A stretch of 45,231 nucleotides of DNA from Catajapyx aquilonaris (lineage: Eukaryota): NCBI GenBank assembly GCA_000934665.2, contig JYFJ02003198.1, positions 1 through 45,231 of the forward strand, given 5' to 3'. The first letter of the stretch is position 1. Every line of letters starts with the position of its first letter. Made by a program: the position numbers and the translations under genes. Under the pieces are notes generated by a model. That model ran no database searches. It was not told the origin of the DNA and was given only the letters and a program-made list of their open reading frames with translations. Positions 28,508 to 41,004 of this stretch are shown piece by piece.

Positions 28508-28671
28508 CAGTGTTGGACATCAATCAAGTCATACTGCTAGTGACATTTTCCGAAGCGGCAGAAGAACGAATCTTGATCGCACGGCTTGCATTATCCATAT
28601 CTTCGATTCGTTCTTCTGCCGCTTCGGAAAATGTCGCTAGCAGTATGACTCGATTAATGTCCAACGCACTG
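28508..28671. mobile_element. Palindromic TA-flanked MITE, family with CTAGCGACATTTTCCGAAGCGGCAGAAGA core, copy 1
   Basis: TA|CAGTG...CACTG|TA, ~60-bp arms; relatives at 39872 and 42026. Confidence 0.8.
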
Positions 28672-28756
28672 TATAAATAATAGTCTCACAATATAAAATT
28701 TTACAAGTGAGACTGCAGACCAGCATTCCCATAACATGAGCCAAGATTGCATTATA

Positions 28757-29177
28757 CAGGGTGTATCTGAACTCGGTGCCCCGACGTATATGACTGCCTT
28801 CCTAGCCACCAGAGGATCGATTTAAGTATAGGAATCATTATGTTTGGCCGCCGCATTACAGAGATAATTGGCCGGAAACATGTAGTACAAAATATCCTGT
28901 CGGTTAGGCCACCCATCGAACCCTCCCCCAGTCAGAAGGCTCTGGAAGGTCTGGGGGCGGGACTTTGTTGGTTTGTTGCCCACAGGTGGTAAGGCCTCTT
29001 TGGAATTCTTCGGAAAATTCTATTTAAAAGTCAGAAGGAGCGATTAGGCAAAAATCGCTAAAGAGTGTATCTCAGTAATGAGGCTGCCCAGACATATGAC
29101 TCCTATACTTAAATCGATCCTCTGGTGGCTAGGAAGGCAGTCATATACGTCGGGGCACAGAGTTCAGATACACCCTG
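28757..29177. mobile_element. 421-bp Tc1-like MITE with ~108-bp arms
   Basis: TA|CAGGGTGTATCTGAACTC...GAGTTCAGATACACCCTG|TA. Confidence 0.85.
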
Positions 29178-29424
29178 TATACATGCTCAAGAAGTTGAGA
29201 AAAAGACAAATTAATGATATGCCACACAATTTTGAATCAACACATTTATTGTCATATGTCAGTTTCTATTTTTGCGATTTTTTTTTTTTTTTGCCTTGTA
29301 TAAACTTTCAAGTGCCATTTGTAAAAGAATCCAATAGTTGATACAGAGAAAACAATTTTAAATCTCTAAAAACACAAACAAACCTACAAAATGCATTCCC
29401 ATAGTGGCCCAAAAGATCATGTCC

Positions 29425-29786
29425 AAGAAGAGCACCCAAACTTGCCTCTCACACATTTGCATGAAACTGGCACAGTAGATGTATTACAGGCTGAGAATTC
29501 ACGGGTAGGAGCAATTTTTGATATGCCCAGCTGTTTTAGAACATTTAACAAAAATATACTCACGACAGTTATGTTTACCACAATGAACTGAGCTAGCCAG
29601 CCAACTCGCCTCACGCCTTTACTACTTTATATGCAAACGTACTGGTCACACATACATTTTCACTCATACTTTGAAAAAAGATAGCCACAGCAAAAAATTG
29701 CTCCTACCAATGAATTCTCAGCGTATTGCACACCTACTGTGCCAGTTTCATGTAAATCTGTGAGGCAAGTTCGGGTGCTATCCTTG
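29425..29786. repeat. Older inverted repeat (~95-bp arms), likely a decayed MITE
   Basis: AGCACCCAAACTTGCCTC...GGTAGGAGCAATTTTT pairs with AAAAATTGCTCCTACC...GAGGCAAGTTCGGGTGCT. Confidence 0.65.
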
Positions 29787-30249
29787 TAAATGCAGGTTTT
29801 TCCCTTGGCCTCCCCCGAGTTGTTACTGAGAAAATTGGCTCTTTATTGTGCAGGAGAGTACATACCGAATGTTAGCACCCAGTATTGATAAGCTCAGGTC
29901 CCCCCTCTGGAAAGCTTAGTGATTCACGAAGCCAGCTCTGGTTTGGGCTTTCCAAAGGAAACTGGTTCGTCCTCTCAGGTGACACGCGCACATTATGGCC
30001 CCAAATACACATCAGTGCATAATTGATTTTTTAACGATTGTACTATCTGCTCAAAAATTATAAACTAAATTGCCATTCGTCGCAGAAGGAATCAACCCAA
30101 GATTGTTTCAAAGATGAAGTTCAAATGTGCTATATTTCCCAAGTTATAACAAAATAATATGTGACTTGGGCACCGGAGGAACAACTTCTTGCACGTCACT
30201 GTCGTAGGGATATGCATGCTCCCAAATGATTGTGACCCATTATCAGCAT

Positions 30250-30601
30250 TTTTTTAAAAAAAATACGTTACCCCGTGATAAGGCTGAGCCTTTTTAGGGG
30301 GGTGGAATACCACCATTTCACTCCATTTTCCTATATTAACTTCATTCACCGGTGCAAGGAGTCAAGGATGTAGGGTAGGGAACTAGGGATAGGGATTTTT
30401 GGGGAGGGAACATTGGTGCAAGTGCAATGTTGGTAAAGGGGTCATGTGCTGTCCCCCAGGAGGTTAGGTTGCCAGACACCTCCTTGGTGCAGGTCAGAGA
30501 CCCTCCTGACGCAGGTGAAAGGAAAGTTCCCCAGGCGGGGATCGAACCTGGGGCCTTTACTCAGCAAGCCGAGACGTTACCATCTCGGCCATCTACACCT
30601 C
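30250..30601 (-). mobile_element. tRNA-derived SINE, full length, 14-bp TSD
   Basis: Minus-strand head with box A TGGCCGAGATGG and box B GGTTCGATCCC; short A tail; direct repeat CCCATTATCAGCAT at 30236-30249 and 30602-30615. Confidence 0.85.
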
Positions 30602-30664
30602 CCCATTATCAGCATATCTTTGGCATTCATTTGAATGTTTCACTGGTAGTAAAATGTTTACTAA

Positions 30665-30790
30665 GGGCCGGTTTCACCGAGCTTGGTATATGATAAAACC
30701 AGGGTTCTTTCGGAAAATCCCTACATATTTGTATGGATTTTCCTAAAGAAACCTGGTTTTATCATATACCGTGCTCGGTGAAACTGGTCC
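30665..30790. mobile_element. 126-bp palindromic PIF/Harbinger-like MITE
   Basis: TAA|GGGCCGGTTTCACC...GGTGAAACTGGTCC|TAA; paired almost to the centre. Confidence 0.82.
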
Positions 30791-31279
30791 TAAATACATT
30801 GTTGCATCTGGTCATGAACAGTTTCCTGCAAATATAAAACCTGTACCACTGTACCTGTACTTGAGGACATGTATCTTAATTCTTTAGAAGATTAGTGTTC
30901 CCTATGGGGTTGTGTGCAAATCTTTAATGATGTGCTACATTACATATCTAGTAAATCCAGTGAATTTACACAAGCTTGGATTACTGTCAAATTTAAAATA
31001 AAAAAATTGTAAAAAAAGCTAGGCGATAGTTTGCAAAGAAACTGTGAAATGGAAATAAAAATATCTAGGGACTTTCCTCCACCTGAGAGCCAACATGAAT
31101 TCAATAAAAAGCCAATTATCTAAAAAAACAAGGTGGCATAGGTCAAATAGCAATCCAACATAGATATATCCTGTGGCTCATAGGAATGAAACCTTAGAGG
31201 TTCATAGTATCATTACAGAACACCCAGCATATTTTGACATTTACACTTGCATTTAAAATGTGACAATTTTTGTGTAATA

Positions 31280-31477
31280 CAGTTGACTCCGGGTATAACA
31301 GCATTGGTTATAACAGACTCAAAAGGACTGGTCCCGCCATACTTCCACAAGGCCCTGTGTAATTTATGTCCGGATATAGCAGTTTCAATTTTCACCCCAC
31401 CTTGGCTATAACAGACCTAAGTTATAACAGACTGATTTTTACAGTCCCTTGAAGTCTGTTATATCCAGAATCTACTG
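31280..31477. mobile_element. pogo/Tigger-like MITE
   Basis: TA|CAGTTGACTCCGGGTATAACAG...CTGTTATATCCAGAATCTACTG; internal TATAACAG repeats. Confidence 0.7.
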
Positions 31478-31970
31478 TCAATAATCATTCGAACTACACA
31501 CTGTGCTCCAATGTACACTATGTGTCCATTCCAGTTATAAATTTTTCATATGATTATTTTGAAACAAACTTTTATGGATCATCAAATATACAGTATTAGC
31601 CTTTAACAATATATTAAGTACACTCACTCTGTTCAATAGATTCCCAAGCATAAGGGCCTGTGAGTGATCTATTTTGACCCATTGACACCTGAAGCCAAAT
31701 GTTGAATCCACTCTATTACAGGCTAGATCCTCCCGCACTGCTTTAAAGATGCTGCCATGCAACAAAATAATGGGAGAAAATAACTTTTACAACCCCTAAG
31801 TTATATACAGTATAACTCTCTGAAATTACTGCCTTGTAAAAGAAGCATCTTGGTGCCACAAAATAAAGACATGGACTCCTTAAATGGAGCATTTCGAATA
31901 AATTCTTTGACTAGAATAGTATCATGCACAATTCCAAACAAAACAAATATGACTCAAGATAAATTTTAAG

Positions 31971-34900
31971 TCAGGAATTGGAAAGGCCTTGACATCCGTT
32001 TCGCTCTTGTATAATCTGATGCAGCTTCCATGCCAAGGGCAGGGCAAGGTCCAGAACTGAAGCCATCACTGTTACAGTACTGGGGAAAGAAGGGAAAAAA
32101 TGACAGGATAAAACCAAGTAAAATGATATTATCTTGCACAAAACACTCGAATTTTTCTAAGAATCAACTTATACAGTATATTCAATATTTCCTGTGTGTA
32201 GAGTTTATTGTGCACATGGAGCCCTGTGAAGTGAAACTGTATATGAAGCTGGAAAGCAGGCCAATGCAAATACGACTGCCAAAGCCCATATCTGCTTAGA
32301 TTTTGGCCATCCATATAAGACTTTTCAGGTAATTCTGCATTGTATATTGAGGTTATTGTTTTGTTAATTTTTGGGTTTTGGATGAGTGATGAACAGTGGA
32401 ACAGTGGAATGTTGTTCATTTTTTGATACATTCCTTCAATACACTCGTATGTGTAAAATGTCAAACAACATTCCAGTAGGTCACGTGAGCCATAGTATGG
32501 GCATATCTGGTAATAGAGAGGGGTTAGTAACTCTTAGAAAAATGTACACTGTACAGAGTACAGTACACCTGATACCTGGACATCTATCATAGCACCTCAA
32601 AGTAACTATCGAGTGTCTGGAACCTCAGTGGAGCATTCGAAGCGTCTACTTAGAATATTTTGGAGCTTCAACCTGACACAGTCTTTGGGGCATCAGTCAA
32701 GGCCCACTACATCTGAGTTCCACAGTGACTATTCCCATGGGCGATAGGCTGGTGTTATGTCTAGATTGCCATTGTTAGCTTGGGGTTAACACGATGCTAG
32801 TTAAGTTTCAAGGTTAAAATTATTACAAGACATGTGTTCATGTCATGTGCCATCCCAGTAAGGCATGCAAGCCATAATGCATGTGTGGTGATTGGGTGAT
32901 ACTTGGGTTTTAATCATATTATCATTAGGATTTACTCAAATGTTGGCAGTTTCAGTATTTTTGCTAGTATTTATTCATATGGCCCATTTAATTACTTCTC
33001 TTTTTATCTGAGGGTTATTGCAGGGGGTCACCCCATTCAGGTTGTGTACCATTTCGATTGCATGTTCTTACACTAAATAATATGCAATACTGTTTACTGT
33101 CCTGCAGATTGGTTACTCAAAATCAAATGCAAGTTTAAATATTGCTTTTTTCATACATTAAAAAACCCTTACCTTTGGTAAAAAGCATCTGCACTTCCAA
33201 AGAATTGCAATATCCTAAATGCCCTGAAGCAGTGAATGAACTTAAATGATGTCAATTCTTGCAATGTCTGCAACAGGGAAAAAAATCACATTAATCTGCC
33301 ACTCTATGATGGTAAGAACTATAAACTGACACTAACCTTTAGCAGGTCGGGGCAGGTATTTATCACATCTCCCATTCCAAAACCATCCTTTATATCATAT
33401 TTGGCTGCTCTCCACAAAAGTAGAGTAGTTTCCTCTGTAGAAATCATCCAGTGTTTGAGTATTGAGGAAAAAAAGTAAAAAACAATAATTCAAGGTAGTC
33501 CAACTAGGAAGGACCACTGCTTACAAAAACAACTGCTTATCTTGCAAAGAAATAAAAGAAGCAATGGCAAGATGCTATTTCTTTCATACCGTAAGTTCGC
33601 CATGTGCCAAAATTGCATCAAGACACCAGCAAGGGGGAAACATTTTCAAAGTAAATAAATGTTCACACATCTGATAGAGGATTACTGGGTACCATAGAAT
33701 GTTTTTATTTCGAAGCTGAAATTTCAAGTAGAAAAATTCAGGTATAACAGCCCTTTGTAAGAGAGATGTGAAACAAGTATTGTAGGAGGGCGGTTCCAAA
33801 ATAATTTAAACTTTATTTTTTTGCCACAAATACAGGGCCCATGCAGGTCGCCAGATAGGCACACATTATACATAGAACCCTCCTGGAGACAAATGCACTG
33901 GTACCACAGGTGTGGCAGAATTTCCAGGCCCTCCAGGAACCATTTTTTGGTGGTGTGGTGCACCCACTCCAGACAACTGCTCCCGGTCAACAATGTCCTC
34001 GAAATGGCATCGGCAAAGGGGTCTTTTCACAGATCCGAACAGGTGAAAGTCACTGGGGACAGGCCAGGGGAGTACGGCGGGTGTGGAAACACCCAAAGCT
34101 ATTTTCATGAAAAAAACCTTCCCCCGACACCATTTCGAGAACATTGTTTACTGCGAGCAGTTGTCCATGAGTGGGTGTGCCCTTCTACCAAAAAGTTATT
34201 CCTGGAGAGCCTGGAGATGCTGCCACACCCATGGTGCCAGTGCATTAGGTTCCAGGAGGGTTCTACCTGTAATGTGTGCCTATCTGCCGACCTGCATGGG
34301 ACATGTAGTCTACTTGTGGCAAAAATATAGTGTGTAAATCACTTTGGAACGACCCTCGTATATCATTGTCATGTTTTGACATGTCAAAAATGTCGTCATG
34401 TAATTTTGACACATGGCTGACATACGAAATCAAAAGATATAGCTGTCTGCTGTTGCTTTTCTTGTCTCTAGGAGGGCAAGTAAGCAGTTATTTGGAACTG
34501 CTACAAGTAAACACAATGCTTTATGGTTACTGAAACACAGCTAAATAAACAGAATTTTTATAAGCAGTGGTTCTTCCTAGTTGGAGAATTTTTACAAACC
34601 TTCACTACCACTGAACACAAATCGAACTTTGGCTTCCTGTAGTATATCTATTGCCATCTGCTTCCACCTGTTCATCTCTTCAGATGGTTCATCATTCTCT
34701 ATTATTATGAATGCTCTTCCAAACCAGAATTTTAAAAATCTGGCATAATTAGAGAACTTTCCCTTTTGAAGCCATGAACGCAAATCTAATGAAAGAGTTT
34801 CAAAAACATTTAAATCACCACATTTACACTGTACATTCTAGAGACATAACAACAACAATAATTCTGGTGGTTCTTTTACCTGTATCAAATTGTGTATCAC

Positions 34901-37900
34901 AAAGACCGTTATCTATTATTATCATCGCATGCATACAGCACAAATTGGAGGAGGGGAAAAGTTCCCCATGGTCCTGGGTAGTTTTTGAGTCATTTTGGAC
35001 CATTGACATTCAGATCTTTTCTCGTAGCCCTCAGAACAGAAGAATGTGTTCTTCTGCTCAGACATGTCGGTAGAAAAGCAAAAAAAGCCAACCAAGAGAA
35101 GGCGACAGTGATGAGATTTGAACTCCAGACCACCCACTTGGCAGGCCAGTAGTGGGACAACCACTAGGCCACCATGCCCCCTCACAGAGCTTTAATAATA
35201 AATTGTTTGCAAAAGATGCACACTTCAGTTTGAACTGTCATATCTTGTGATATTCCAGAGAGAGAATTATACTAGCTGATTTTGGCAATTTCATCTTCAT
35301 TATGGAATAATCACAAACTATTCAACTAGTTTATGACAAGGTCCAGTATTTACCTTTCCTGGGCCATTGAAGGTCCCCCCCCNCCCGGGTAAAGATATGG
35401 ATTTTATATTTTTATATGGTACCACAGGGTTCATTTTTGAAAATAGAAACATGTGCAGCAAGGGTAGAGGGCCTATCATCGCCCCTTTATGATGTCCTGT
35501 ACAGGTGCGTAGGCAGAAAAATTTCGGAGGGGGGCCCATTTCATAAGTACAAGGTGAACAAGCCGTAAAGGAACTTTTTTGGGAGGATTGAAGGTCACAC
35601 GAGTTTAGGTGAAAGTGGGAGATCTGAATGGGTGTGTATTTGATAAAATTGGTAGCACTTTTTCCAAAAAATCATGAATTAGTAATTTCTAATGCTATTT
35701 CAAACTGTCTTGTATATCGTCACGGTCCGGACAAAATTGCGTCGCGGTCTGGATCCGGACCGCGGTCCGCCAGTGGAATAGCCCTGCCCTAGACCATGCA
35801 GTAACACACACAAAACCTTTTTATAGAGCCTCTGACAGGTGGACCCATGTACTACAATGGCTGCCCAGGGAGCAGGATATGAGCGTGATAATCATAACTG
35901 TGAGAGACGCGATCTCGCAAATTACTATTATTCATGATTATTATGCACATATCATTGCACATATCATGCACATTCCTAGGCAGCCACTGTAAGTATGCTG
36001 GTCTGCCTGGCAGGGGCTCTCCCTACAAAGAGGTTCTGTGTGTGTTGATGCATGTGTCTATGGGCTGGCCAATGTGTCTGGTCATCAACCTCGTTACTGT
36101 TTCGTCTATCCCCCCCCACACACACACACACACCTGCGCCCCATAGGCTGTGCCCAAACCTAACCTACCCTACCCTACCTATCCTAGGCTGAGAAAAATG
36201 GACTTTCGCAAAACCCTACATAACGGAATTGTGGGGACATGTCCCCACTGAAGCAGTATCCCACCATGGGTTTTTGCTGTGGGGACGCGAAATGTTCCCA
36301 CAATTTGGAGCATGTCCCCAGAGCTACAGTCAAAACACCAACCTTGGTCCCCAGACCCTATGCGAGACCTGAACACATTTTTGAGTTGTTTTGGGCCAAG
36401 GAATACACTGACTGCCATCCGACTTACTAGTAACAAATACCCTGTATATGAAATGGCAGTCATCCTGCAGGTTATGCCAACCTCAACCCTCTTTGCCACA
36501 CAGGTCATCTGATGCAAAGGATGACCCCTATTACATAGTGTGTAGGTCTAATCTTAACATGCCATTATCTCCATGAGATTTGAAATCACCAAAATCAATT
36601 GAGTAATTTTTTCTTGCAATTTTTATGGACCCTAGATCAGAGAGGGAGTTATAAACCCACCCAGAGTGGTTATAAATTTCCAAATCGAGAGAGTAGTCGA
36701 GTCAAAAGGGCAAGCAGTCAGTGGGGCCAGATTAGTGCTGCTTGTCAGGCTGAGCCACACGAATTTTTTCCATTCTCAATCCAAACCTCAAAAAGGAGCT
36801 TCTCATATGTGGTGAAGGGGTCTGAAGGGGAAAGCACAAAACCTAACGAAAAGTTGATGCCAGTAAAACATCCACCTGTCAAAATTCCAAAAGGAGGTTT
36901 GGATTCTCCCAATAATAATGAGAATGTCACCTGGGGCTATGCATGTTTCTGGCAGGGGTGGGATATTGTTGTGACTCGAGTAACTTAATTCAAATGCGAG
37001 CGATGTGGATGCGATAGAAAACTAAAGGCTTAAATGTGCATTCCTGGACTGAAAAAAGTTAAGAAAGTTACACCTGATGCAACAAAATTTCTTCAGAATT
37101 AAATAAACTTCAGCTTCCTTCCCTTTCATTACTCCCTCTCAATTTGTTGGCACTCAACCAGTTGGTCAGTGCAATCTCACCTCTCATATGCAATCGTCCA
37201 ACACCAGTTTTAGTACCCACAATATATGCTTGAAGCCATAACTTCCCGATGTGAACCTCAACTTCATATGACTCCATTAACATTGCCACCAGCTGGGGAC
37301 TAGAATCAGCCTGCTTTTGATCCACCAAAATAACAACTGGTTCATCAACCTGCAACACCACATTTAAAATTTGTTATGGCAATATGTACAACAGTAAATG
37401 TATTGCATGTGGTATGCAATTATAACTTCATAATACAGGTACTTACAGGGACTGTGGAGAAAAGCCTGCTAATGCTGTCGGTATCTCTATCCGGAGAATC
37501 CGACTTGCCACTACCAATGTATGTGTTGTTAGGTACACCACACGTATTCTTATCATTCGATTCCATGCATTCATTGGTGAATCTTGTTGGTGTGTCATTA
37601 GTTGTCTCCCCCTCACAAAATTCTAATTTGGAAGACTTGTTTGCTGGATACTTATCTTCGTCACTTTCACTTGAACTAGGAAGCATAATTCTTTTGTGCT
37701 TCTTTTTCCCTTTGTCCACTTCACATTGTGTTTTGATCCTTTTCACAGCCTTCTTTTTTGTCTTACCACTCTTTTTCTGCTCCAATACCTTCTCTGCGAT
37801 GTCTAATAGCGAAGCACTTGAACCACTATCAGAATACTCCACCTCATCATCAGGAGCACAAAACGAGTCCTGCAAAAAAATGGCAATTCAGTAGTATTTA

Positions 37901-38116
37901 AGAGGAACTCAGCAAATATACAGAAAAGTACACATTTCTTGAAAAAAACACATCACATCACAGAAAGATCATTTACTTACCTGCATATAGTCATCTGGTG
38001 ACTCGTTATCTGAGATGACAGTGCATCGAGGTTTGTGGTTGCCCTTCTCAGAAGGTAATGATAAATGTTCTTTGCTTTGCTGAGAGCACAGTGCACGAAG
38101 ATATAGTTCGTTGACC
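31971..38116 (-). CDS. FANCM: Fanconi anemia group M protein, C-terminal 7 coding exons (acidic region, degenerate ERCC4 domain, HhH2); 5' part upstream
   Basis: Minus-strand GT-AG exons, all phases compatible: 38116-37981 (VNELYLRALCS...), 37869-37447 (DSFCAPDDEVEY...), 37349-37181 (VVILVDQKQADSSPQLVAMLMESYEVEVHIGKLWLQAYIVGTKTGVGRLHMR), 34785-34600 (KFSNYARFLKFWFGRAFIIIE...AKVRFVFSGSE), 33434-33337 (EETTLLLWRAA...), 33267-33173 (LQELTSFKFIHCFRAFRILQFFGSADAF), 32079-31971 (STVTVMASVLDLALPLAWKLHQII...stop). Order and motifs parallel the vertebrate FANCM C-terminus as recalled (IYMKSLRS, EDSFCVDEE, ILVGGHE...CDYIV, RICVIVE, GIRILFS, EETADLL, HhH). Confidence 0.85.
33785..34358. mobile_element. 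574-bp foldback element made of two inverted mariner 3' ends, in FANCM intron
   Basis: TA-flanked GAGGG(C/T)(G/C)GTTCCAAA ends. Both arms translate outward to mariner C-terminal-like peptides (EWV..T.K.FLE.LE.LPH.W.QCI..QEG). The centre keeps PPYSP and PSDFHLFGSVK on the minus strand. Confidence 0.8.
35110..35183 (-). mobile_element. Degenerate tRNA-derived SINE head
   Basis: Minus strand TGGGCCTAGTGG (box A-like) ... GAGTTCAAATCTC (box B-like). Confidence 0.4.
35314..35786. mobile_element. hAT (Charlie/Buster-like) non-autonomous remnant
   Basis: Right end GGAATAGCCCTG followed by CCCTAGAC (typical NNNTANNN target); subterminal GGTCCG repeats; eroded left end CTATTCAACTAG at 35318. Confidence 0.5.
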
Positions 38117-38362
38117 CTGAAATAATTGAAAAATAATTAGGGTTCAAATCCCGTCACCTCTGCTTGGCCGGGTCTTTTTCCGCTTTTCACCCGACATGCC
38201 GGGGCAGAATTGCACTCCCTATCTGCCCGGGGCCAGTAAAAAAGGCCTGGTGTATTTTCACAAGTCAGAAATGACTAAAAATTTCAGCGCCCTCCCTAGG
38301 GAACCACCCCCTTCCCCCCCAAGAGAGCCACTGGCTCTATCACAAGGTTAAAAAAAAAAAAA

Positions 38363-38596
38363 AATCACGGGAAGGTGCACTTTTTCCATTGCTTTCAATG
38401 AGTATATTTCCGGAACCGTTCTGAAAACCAATATGAAATATTAAACTCATGCTTTTGGAATAATGCTGTTATGTAATGCATACATTTACCTTATTTAATG
38501 GTACAGTCACCTTTAAAAAATCTATCATCTTGCACATTTTGGTCAAAATGCGTATATTTCGCAATTTAATACACAACTATGGTAAACGTGACGGTT
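38363..38596. mobile_element. Diverged fragment of the 23341-26763 foldback arm
   Basis: TTTTCCATTGCTTTCAATGAG...TTTAATGGTACAGTCACC...TTTTGGTCAAAATGCG...TATGGTAAACGTGACGGTT aligns with ~23525-23770. Confidence 0.8.
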
Positions 38597-38609
38597 ATAT
38601 ATATACATA

Positions 38610-38685
38610 TGAATGTCACTCTGGGTTAAATGCACTTCATTTACACATTTGTCATGAAGTGCGTTTAACCCAGAGCAACATTCAA
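38610..38685. repeat. Short hairpin element (~31-bp arms)
   Basis: TGAATGTCACTCTGGGTTAAATGCACTTCAT / ATGAAGTGCGTTTAACCCAGAGCAACATTCA in a TA-rich context. Confidence 0.7.
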
Positions 38686-39765
38686 AAATATATAATTCAA
38701 TTACTACGCACATGCCCCGGGTTTGGAATATATCTTTTGAAAGAGAGCGTCATTCTCTACACAAATGAAAATAAAATAAAACAATCAAAAATGGCTTTTT
38801 TGAGGTAAAAATGTATCTTTCAGGCATCTTTTCTCATATGACCATACTTTGACCAGGTGGATCTCTTCTTTGAATGCAGATATTAATGATATTATTTTGT
38901 CCATACAACATGCCCTTTACTACATTGTACATAATAGGTTTCATTTGTATAACCCGCGTTCGACTAACACGACACCAATCGAGCCTAAAGTTATGAGTAC
39001 AGTACGGTAGCCCTCATTTTACAACGAGGTTAGGTTCCAGCAAAACACGCTTGTAAAGGAAAAAGTTGTAAAAAGAGCCCAAATCATGATATAAATTAAT
39101 AATATATGTTCCAAAATTTCCTCAATTTTCCCATGCAGAGTACTAATTTTACTGGTTTTTATGGTAAGTTTTAAACATTTAATACACACATTTAATGGGA
39201 GGTTCCAGAATATGTTACTGTCTTGATTTTTTGTTGTTTTCAACTGTTCAATTGTTTTCAGTTTTTTTTTTTATTTAGGCAATTTTGAAAAGCTGTTAAT
39301 GTGAAAAATTGTAAAATGGACCTTTGGAAAACGGACAATATCTCAATATGAGTCCTCAACTGTCCCTCTTGAACAGCATTCCAAACTGAGGATTTCAAAA
39401 TTTTGTGGTTCTTTCATCGCTTTCATTTGATCAAGCTATGTATGATCCACTCTTACGTCTGCAGGATTTTTCTCTGAGTCACACAACCTGTTCTGGACAG
39501 CTTTCCAAGTACCATCAATTGGCAATACTAAATCCCCTGTTAATAGATGCTACAGATGCTAATTTCATCTGCTTAATGCCAATCATGTGACTTGAACCTC
39601 TTTCAGTAAAGTGCTGCATTAATAAAAACAACCTCAAGTATTAGCATATGAAATATGTCAATCTACTGTATGAACTCCCATAAATGTAAACCCAGAAAAA
39701 CCAGAACCACCATACAAACAACACGGAAGCAAGCATTATAATACAGCAGGGGGTGGATTACAGAA

Positions 39766-39873
39766 TGTACTATATCGCTCAAAAAGATCGAGACGATTGG
39801 CATTTGATTCAAGTGCAAGTTGCACTTGAGTCAAATGCAAAATCGTCTCTATCGTTTTGGGCGATATAGTACA
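39766..39873. mobile_element. 108-bp palindromic element with a 1-nt loop
   Basis: TGTACTATATCGC...TCAAGTGCAA-G-TTGCACTTGA...GCGATATAGTACA. Confidence 0.75.
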
Positions 39874-40164
39874 ATGTTGGGCATTAATTCCGTCTCACTA
39901 CTAGCGACATTTTCCAAGGCGGCAGAAGAGCGCATCGATGTGATGAAGTATGAGCCTTGCGAATAAGTAGTGATAGAGTCTTCTGGTGATGTCACCAGCT
40001 CCCTCCAAGATGTTTTGAATGATTGCCAGCCGCTGTGCCGGTGACATCACTGACAGGGTCTATCACTTCTTACTAGCAAGGCTCATACTTCATCACTTTG
40101 ATGCGCTCATCTGGCACTGTGGCAAATGTCGCTAGCAGTGAGATGGAATTAACATCCAACACTG
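39872..40164. mobile_element. Palindromic MITE, CTAGCGACATTTTCC family, long copy (293 bp)
   Basis: CAATGTTGGGCATTAATTCC...GGAATTAACATCCAACACTG; ~125-bp arms; shares the terminal TA with the preceding palindrome. Confidence 0.75.
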
Positions 40165-40179
40165 CACACAAAGGTGTGA

Positions 40180-40646
40180 AAGCCGGTATCGACGTAACAA
40201 TTTCTCTTTTAAGAGGAGCCAACTGCGCATGCCCGCGTGAAGGCCCGCCCAGGGCTTGCGAGACGTACGAGAAATTTCTAGCCATCCCAACGAGACTCTG
40301 GCCCGTTGACACGCAGCTGCAGTCTGCGCAGGGTATTCTGCAGATCATGCTTATTGTAGAACTGGTGGATAGGAGGAAGGGAGGGGAGAGAAGACACATT
40401 CCTTGTGGTCCCGGCTCGGGGTCTGCTGATATCTCTGACCCAATTGGCTCTCCGGAGTCACATGGTGTGACGTCAATGCGAGGATCACAGGAAAAGTAGA
40501 AAATTTTAAACTTTCCTCTGAGCCCCTTGAGAGGACGCCAGAGGGTGTGAGAGGGGGTGAGAGGCGATATAGATTCCGTCTCGACGTACAAGATGTCTCG
40601 CACAAGAGGACTCTTGTAAGAGAAACTCTTTCGTCGATACCGGCTT
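40180..40646. mobile_element. 467-bp PIF/Harbinger-like MITE
   Basis: TGA|AAGCCGGTATCGACG...CGTCGATACCGGCTT|TGA; 3-bp TSD; GC-rich interior. Confidence 0.7.
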
Positions 40647-41004
40647 TGAGGCATACATCAAATCTGAGATGTGGATCAACGTACAGGAAGCACCCATTTT
40701 AAGCTGGTAATTGGTTCCAGCAACACAGTGGCATCAAGTGAATGGGAGTGAAACAAGGCACAATTATAATGTGAAGTTATGAATTATGAAGAGTTATAAA
40801 GTGAATGAGATAGGTTCCAAAATTTCCAACAAACAGTACTAATATTGCTGTTTTTAATGCTGAGTATTTGAAACTTTTAATATGCATGTTTAATGGGAGG
40901 TTCCAGGTTGAAGGTTCCTTTCCCTTCTTTGTCAAGAACTGCAGTACATGCAGTGAATTATAACACTGGCTACAGCACTTCAGGGAGGGCAGAGATCAAT
41001 AATA

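Noticed and set aside
30530..30600. Possible tRNA gene
   Set aside because: Has A/B boxes but no convincing acceptor stem, and it sits at the head of a TSD-flanked, A-tailed element, so it is a SINE.
33068..33101. Alternative short terminal FANCM exon (RTVNSIAYYLV*)
   Set aside because: In phase but with a weak acceptor; 32079-31971 has a strong pyrimidine tract and completes the second HhH.
39290..39620. Possible upstream FANCM exons here and at ~42200-42830 and ~43950-44320
   Set aside because: Coding-like composition, but interrupted by stops, with no recognisable motif and no phase-2 donor that I could link to the 38116 exon.
40073..40654. 193-aa and 133-aa overlapping ORFs
   Set aside because: They lie across a GC-rich Harbinger-like MITE and an adjacent palindrome; no recognisable domain.
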